DNA of 40,655 nt from Patellaria atrata CBS 101060. Lineage: Eukaryota. Below the pieces are notes generated by a model. The model saw only the letters and a list, made by a program, of their open reading frames with translations, was not told where the DNA came from and searched no databases. Positions 35,657-40,655 of the stretch are shown here, in pieces. Position 1 is the first letter of the stretch. Every line of letters starts with the position of its first letter. The position numbers and the translations under genes are program-made. The stretch covers positions 629,548 to 670,202 of the forward strand of contig MU006102.1 in NCBI GenBank assembly GCA_010093705.1. Direction: 5' to 3'.

Positions 35657-36921
35657 GGTGGTGCACGACGGCAGCGGTAATGACCAAAAACTAGCGTCCG
35701 TCGCACAGGGGCGAGCCAAATGGCCTTGGATGTGCTTTCCTTTTTATGCAAGCTTTAATGCACTCGCGAATAAGGTAAATAAACAAACAATCTTCGGCTT
35801 ATACTGGAATGGACTCGATCCGGTTATCGATGGCTGACTCAGCTTTTACAATTCTCTCACGCCAAATTCATATTAGCTCCGTATTCAAACTAACCCGGGT
35901 TCCTGGTTGACACCTCAAGCTTGATCGAGTTTTGAATTCTTGGCGAGTTTGTCTCGGTTTGATCCTTTGTTGGTAAGATTGGGGGCGGGCGCTCTGAGAT
36001 CTTTTTGCGACCTTTTGCGCACGAGGGGGAGCGCGGAGAGGGGCTTAAGTACCGGAAAAGGGGGCGCCAACACCGCCCCAGCCCAACCAATTGGAAGCCC
36101 GAACCGCGGGAGGCAGCTATTGCCGGGGTTCCACGTCCCACCTGTCGTAACTCCCGGATTCGATCGTGAGAAAATCTTTCTTTGTTTTCCCCCCCGAATC
36201 TGGTCATTCGACTTGCATCTCAAAGCCTTCATCATCATCATGGATCTTCTTCTTCATTTTTATGATTGTATGTAGTGGTGATGATGATAGCGGCGAATGT
36301 TAGTATTGAGTGATGATAGAGCTGTTTCTCGAGTCTGCTGCCTGGATCTTCTTGAGGATGACGTTGCGTGTGGGAGGTGATGCTCGAAGCCTGACTTGTG
36401 GTTTCGTCGTTGCTGCTTGCATGTGATTTCGCTTTCTCAACGGGGTGGCAGTCCATGGGAGTTTTTAACTTGATCTAATCTGACAATACTACTAAAATAA
36501 CGGAAGTGTCTGATATGTTCAATCGTTACGAGTTTTCCATTGTCAATTTCATAGTCTGATCAGTGAAATATGCTTCCATTGCAAGATGAATATCTCGAAC
36601 TGATGAGCTTGTGAAAATGCATACGCATATCGCTCTACCTACCTATCTACTACCTATACATGAGGTCCTCAGATCAGCTCTCTAGTTCTCAGCGACAACC
36701 ACATCACACCCACCACCCACACGCAAGCGCGCAAGCAGAGCGTGAAACGGGCTATCAGTCAACTTTGGCTTTTGTACATATGCTCTCATCACCGGACCTT
36801 TCCCAACCCAACCGGACCCAAAACCCCCAAGCCCACAGCACCACTCCCCGAACCACCTACTCGCCACGGAGTCGAAAACAAACCACACCAGCTCCGATTG
36901 AAAACTACTATTTCAATCTTC

Positions 36922-37404
36922 ATGAGCCGTGTCTGCACAACATGCCCTTAACCCCGCGCCACACGAGCACAGGAGAGCAGGAAAGCAATTACGCGCGGAC
37001 ATACGCGTGGGCATCGGTTAGATTGCTGATGTCGTCACTGCTGGCTGCCTGTGGCATTTTCTTCCCCTGGTGGTCTTTGAGTCCAAGATTGATGCGGTTG
37101 CCCGTGGGTGAGCACGGTGAACACCCGAGCTTCGCTTACATCCTCACGCCCTGTCAGATTTCTGTTGCAAAGAGGTGGTTCATCGACCGTTGCCGGTGAT
37201 TAGGCGGCGGGCAGCCTGCTCTTGTGTGGTTATCTCCATGGGGAACGTGCTGATATTGAATTAGCTTTTGTGGGCGGATACTTTGGACATGGACTTACAA
37301 GGTGGGCAAAGTGGGTTGGCTGGTTGAGGAAGAAAGGAGAGAGGGAGTGACTGATTAGTTGTCGCGTTAGGAAAGACGCGGCGGGGAGAAGCACCGGGGA
37401 TTAA
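36922..37404 (+). other. Possible cryptic multi-intron transcription unit (~60-aa microprotein or spliced lncRNA)
   Basis: Three consecutive intron-like segments with donor, branch and acceptor signals (37108-37157, 37175-37264, 37302-37370) and a weaker one (36931-37021), preceded by a C/A-rich 5'UTR-like leader. Confidence 0.35.
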
Positions 37405-37633
37405 CCGGGATAATTTATGTAAGCGAGGCTCTAAAATGGTAGTCATGGTACACCTTGGTAGGGAGTGATAGTAAAATTTGGTCAAGGTAATGGAACCATG
37501 GAAAAAAAGCCCTTGTCTTAGTTTAGATGAGATGAAATCGCTCTGACAATATACATAGCTTTTATTAACCACGCTATGCCTCCCACACCCTCGACTTCCC
37601 TCGTACAGTACCCCCTTACCCTTCCCCTTTCCC

Positions 37634-38902
37634 TCAAAATCTCGACGCCCTTCTCGACGTCCTCCAGGCCGTAAACCCCACATAAGCCCCCACAACCGCA
37701 AACCCAAACAGCACAAACTTTACCAAAAACCATCCCCAGCCCCCTCCCTCCGTCCTCACCTTCCCCTTCGTACTGCCTCCCATAAAACCCCCTTTGGATC
37801 CCGTACCCCCCAAGGTGCTTCCACCAGTCCCGGTCTCCGGCTTGTTGGGCTGATACAAATTGCGGGTCTGGATGGAAATGATGTCATGGTTGTCGCTCAG
37901 CTCGCCGGTCTCGGCGCTGAAGCCGAGATAGGCAACGGGTGGGATCTTGACGTCGGGAATATCGAAGCATTCGGTCCATTTTCCTTCGGTCTTGTAGTGA
38001 AGTTCGAGCTTTAAGGATTTTTCGGCAAAGTAGGTTAGGCGAGCTTTGGTGGGGAAGTTTTGGTTGCGGATACCGCGAGACTAGGGGTAAGGAGTGGTCT
38101 GTTAGTGGGTGATCCTTCACTTGCTTCCCATCCTGACTGTAATATGCGGGGGTAGACTCACAGAACAACCCGCAAGCTCGTTCGCCTTGCCATCATTCTC
38201 TTTATCATACGGTTGTGTCCCATCGTTCATAGCAGCAAGTACTAGCGGAAATACAACCCCCGGTCTATTGTTCTTATATGTGTCGAAGAAGATGGCGAGG
38301 CCGTCCCACTTGTCCACGAAGCCGAAGACGTCGCCGCCCGTTGCGCGCTGTTTGGTAAGCCACATGGCGAAGCCATCGCCGTAGAGGGTGTTTTGGCCAT
38401 GAATTTTGAATTCGACCTCGATCTGGGAAATAGACGTAAGTTGTGTGGATCCAAAATGGGGTAGAGGGGGCATACGAACTTCCCAATTTGTCGCCGTCAA
38501 TGGGACGCGTGAGAAAAGCCAGCCGGCTCGTGACGGGCGGTCCGAGGTTAGTCTGATATACTTGTCTGTCCGTACTACTGTGTCACCGCCGAAGTCGAAC
38601 CAACGGCTTTGGAGGTCGGAGTCTAGGTAGGGCTGTGTGTATGGGTGTCAATGCTGGCTCATATTTGGTATCTCGGCGCGAGCAGGTATTCTTTGAATGG
38701 GAGTGGGATATGCGAGCTAGAAGAGGGACTGACCGCTCCTAAACTGTGCGTCCGCAGCTATAAATGATATGTTAGTATTAGTTATATTTGAGAAATCTGG
38801 TTATGTACGCACCGCTATACTTTTGATCTCCCCATCCTGTGCTGAAATCAATCCCAAGCTCCATAGCAGCAGCCAAATATAATTCCACAACCTCGTTACC
38901 AT
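37634..38902 (-). CDS. L-type lectin ER-Golgi cargo receptor (VIP36/LMAN2/Emp47-like), 5 exons
   Basis: Exons 38902-38813, 38757-38734, 38632-38480, 38422-38162 and 38080-37634. Signal peptide, LRTHSL, PYLDSD..SRWFDFGG, IRLTSD, WE|IEVEFKIHG, GDGFAMW, FFDTYKNNR, YLGFSAETGELSDNHDII, a C-terminal TM segment and tail RRASRF. Confidence 0.92.
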
Positions 38903-39352
38903 CGCGAGCAAACTTCGAAATTTCCTCGTATCGCGTGCCTAACCAAAATTCTCAAGCTCTCGCCAAATTTAAGGAGAGAATAATAAAAGGAATAAACAAG
39001 CAACCCGGGAACAGATTGCCAGGCAATTAACTCTTATGAAAAGAATCCTAGGGAGGAGTGGATGTTGGCTGCGCTGACTGCTGCTGGCCTTGGATGTGGA
39101 TTTACTGTAAGTTGGTGGTCAAGCTGTCCTCTTCTCTTCTTTCTACCGGGAGAGCATGGGTTGTTTCATCCATCGCCGACGCTAGCGAATGCGCATCATT
39201 GCGCTTGTGATTTTTACTGAACAGTAAGGTATTCGGACATCATCAACAAAGTCACTTTCACAAGAAACGCTTCGTAATTCTTTTATCCATCTCGGCATTC
39301 AGGAGCCAGCTTCTCAGTCTTCCTTCCGAACTCGAAAGATTTATCAGAAACA

Positions 39353-39760
39353 ATGGATTCCCTCAGCACCTCAACCCTCTCCGCCTACTCCTCCTCCGAT
39401 CCCAAAACCCAGGTAATGCAGCAAATACGACAAGAAGCAGCCGTGCAAAACGCGAGACAGCTCATCGAGGTATGGTTTCTCCTCTCCAAAATAAACCCGG
39501 ACCTACACTTTTCCCTAGTCCTAATTCCACAGCGTACCCTCATATCCAGCATGTTTTCGTTAAGCTAATCTACCCACTTACAGAAACTTAATGAACATTG
39601 CTTCGACCGCTGCATCCCAAAGCCTTCAACCTCCCTCTCCAAAGGCGAAGAGTCTTGTTTCTCAGCCTGTATGGAGAAGTATATGTCCGCGTGGAATACG
39701 GTTAGCAGGAGCTACGTGGCGAGGCTGCAGAAGGAGGGACAGGCGCAAGGAGGGTTATAA
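39353..39760 (+). CDS. TIM13: Mitochondrial intermembrane space chaperone Tim13, 2 exons
   Basis: Exons 39353-39469 and 39584-39760. Spliced QIRQEAAVQNARQLIE|KLNEHCFDRCIPKPSTSLSKGEESCFSACMEKYMSAWNTVSRSY contains the twin CX3C motif. Confidence 0.95.
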
Positions 39761-40279
39761 GTTAATGACGAGACGCATCATACTATATCCATGAAGGGAG
39801 CTGCGTGATGGAGAGGAATAGGAAAGTGTACGATAGTGACCGCGCCTGGGTGGCTCGGCATCTACTTGGGATGTGGAGCGGAGTGTATTATAGAATAGCG
39901 GAGTGTATTCGCAAAGGGATATGTATACTAGAAATGGGAAGAGGAAATTCTCGGCTTTAGGAGGGAACGGAACGCATAGAATAGCTCGGAGGGTGCGGTT
40001 TTCGCTCAAGATCAATAGATACTGATTAAATTTGTAACCGCTTCCACAATGAAGTCTATACAAAGGTGTTGTTATCAACTGACTATAGTCCCATTTTGTG
40101 TGAAAGGATATGCTTGCCTATAAAGTAGCTTCTATGGATCTGTATGTACAAACACTACCTTTGCATAACGGATTAGAAAATATAAAGATACAGACGCGTT
40201 TTCGCTGAGTTTGAGATAGCCACGAATTTCTTCACATTTTTAGAATATCATTAAGAGGAATCCCGTAAGGGGTAGGTTT

Positions 40280-40600
40280 AGAATCGATTAGCAAAGCAAT
40301 AACTATATATAGAGCCTTAATAGTATTAGACTAAGGGATAAGTAATAAGTTTATCGTATTATTTCTTCGAAATATATTTAGTAAATAATAGTACTCTTAA
40401 ATATTAAATAAGATAATATTAAAAATTAATATAATTATATAAAAGTAATTTTTATAAAATATAATATTATATTAATTTATATATATTAAAAATTATTTAA
40501 AAATAATAATATATAATAATAATAATTTATATTAATTATGACAATGTAGTATAGCTGTAGTAATCGTATTTTGACTATCTCTATTACTAACTACTAAGTG
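40280..40600. repeat. AT-rich, RIP-like degenerate transposon relic
   Basis: Abrupt drop to near-pure A/T (40390-40540) with strong TpA excess and very few CpA/TpG. Confidence 0.55.
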
Positions 40601-40655
40601 TGGAGATTAAGTTAAGGAACAATAATATCGTGGGCCGAATGTCCGCATATAACAG

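Noticed and set aside
35890..36275. Overlapping 105-111 aa ORFs or a structured RNA in a GC-rich patch
   Set aside because: No protein motifs or RNA family hallmarks. It is more simply explained as promoter sequence with CCAAT and GC boxes upstream of BUR6.
36465..36495. TPP riboswitch fragment (AACTTGATCT)
   Set aside because: Lacks the CTGAGA and GATAATNCCAGCG elements, and no thiamine gene is nearby.

Overview
Gene-dense window of a filamentous ascomycete (Pezizomycotina) nuclear genome, recognised by short GT-AG introns with CTRAY-type branch sites and AT-rich, RIP-like repeat relics near both ends. In order, it holds: ~3 kb with no assignable gene; a nested LTR-like cluster around a 715-N gap; a mitochondrial BolA3-like gene; a possibly decaying AT-hook orphan; a divergent acetate kinase/phosphoketolase (ack-xfp) pair; an unexplained ~150-nt Pol III-type structured RNA; ERG1; MRH4; BUD4; a secreted SRPBCC-like protein; a family X DNA polymerase; a 33-34 bp minisatellite; TCD1/2; TAZ1; NUC1; NC2-alpha (BUR6); a cryptic multi-intron unit; a VIP36/EMP47-like lectin; TIM13; and an AT-rich relic. 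The best candidate for something undescribed is the element at 13117-13269: tRNA-type A and B boxes and acceptor/T stems, non-tRNA inner arms, a cUUCGg-capped hairpin with a loop-E-like internal loop, and a T8 terminator. Gene identities come from motif recognition by eye and exon boundaries were derived manually; no searches were run.
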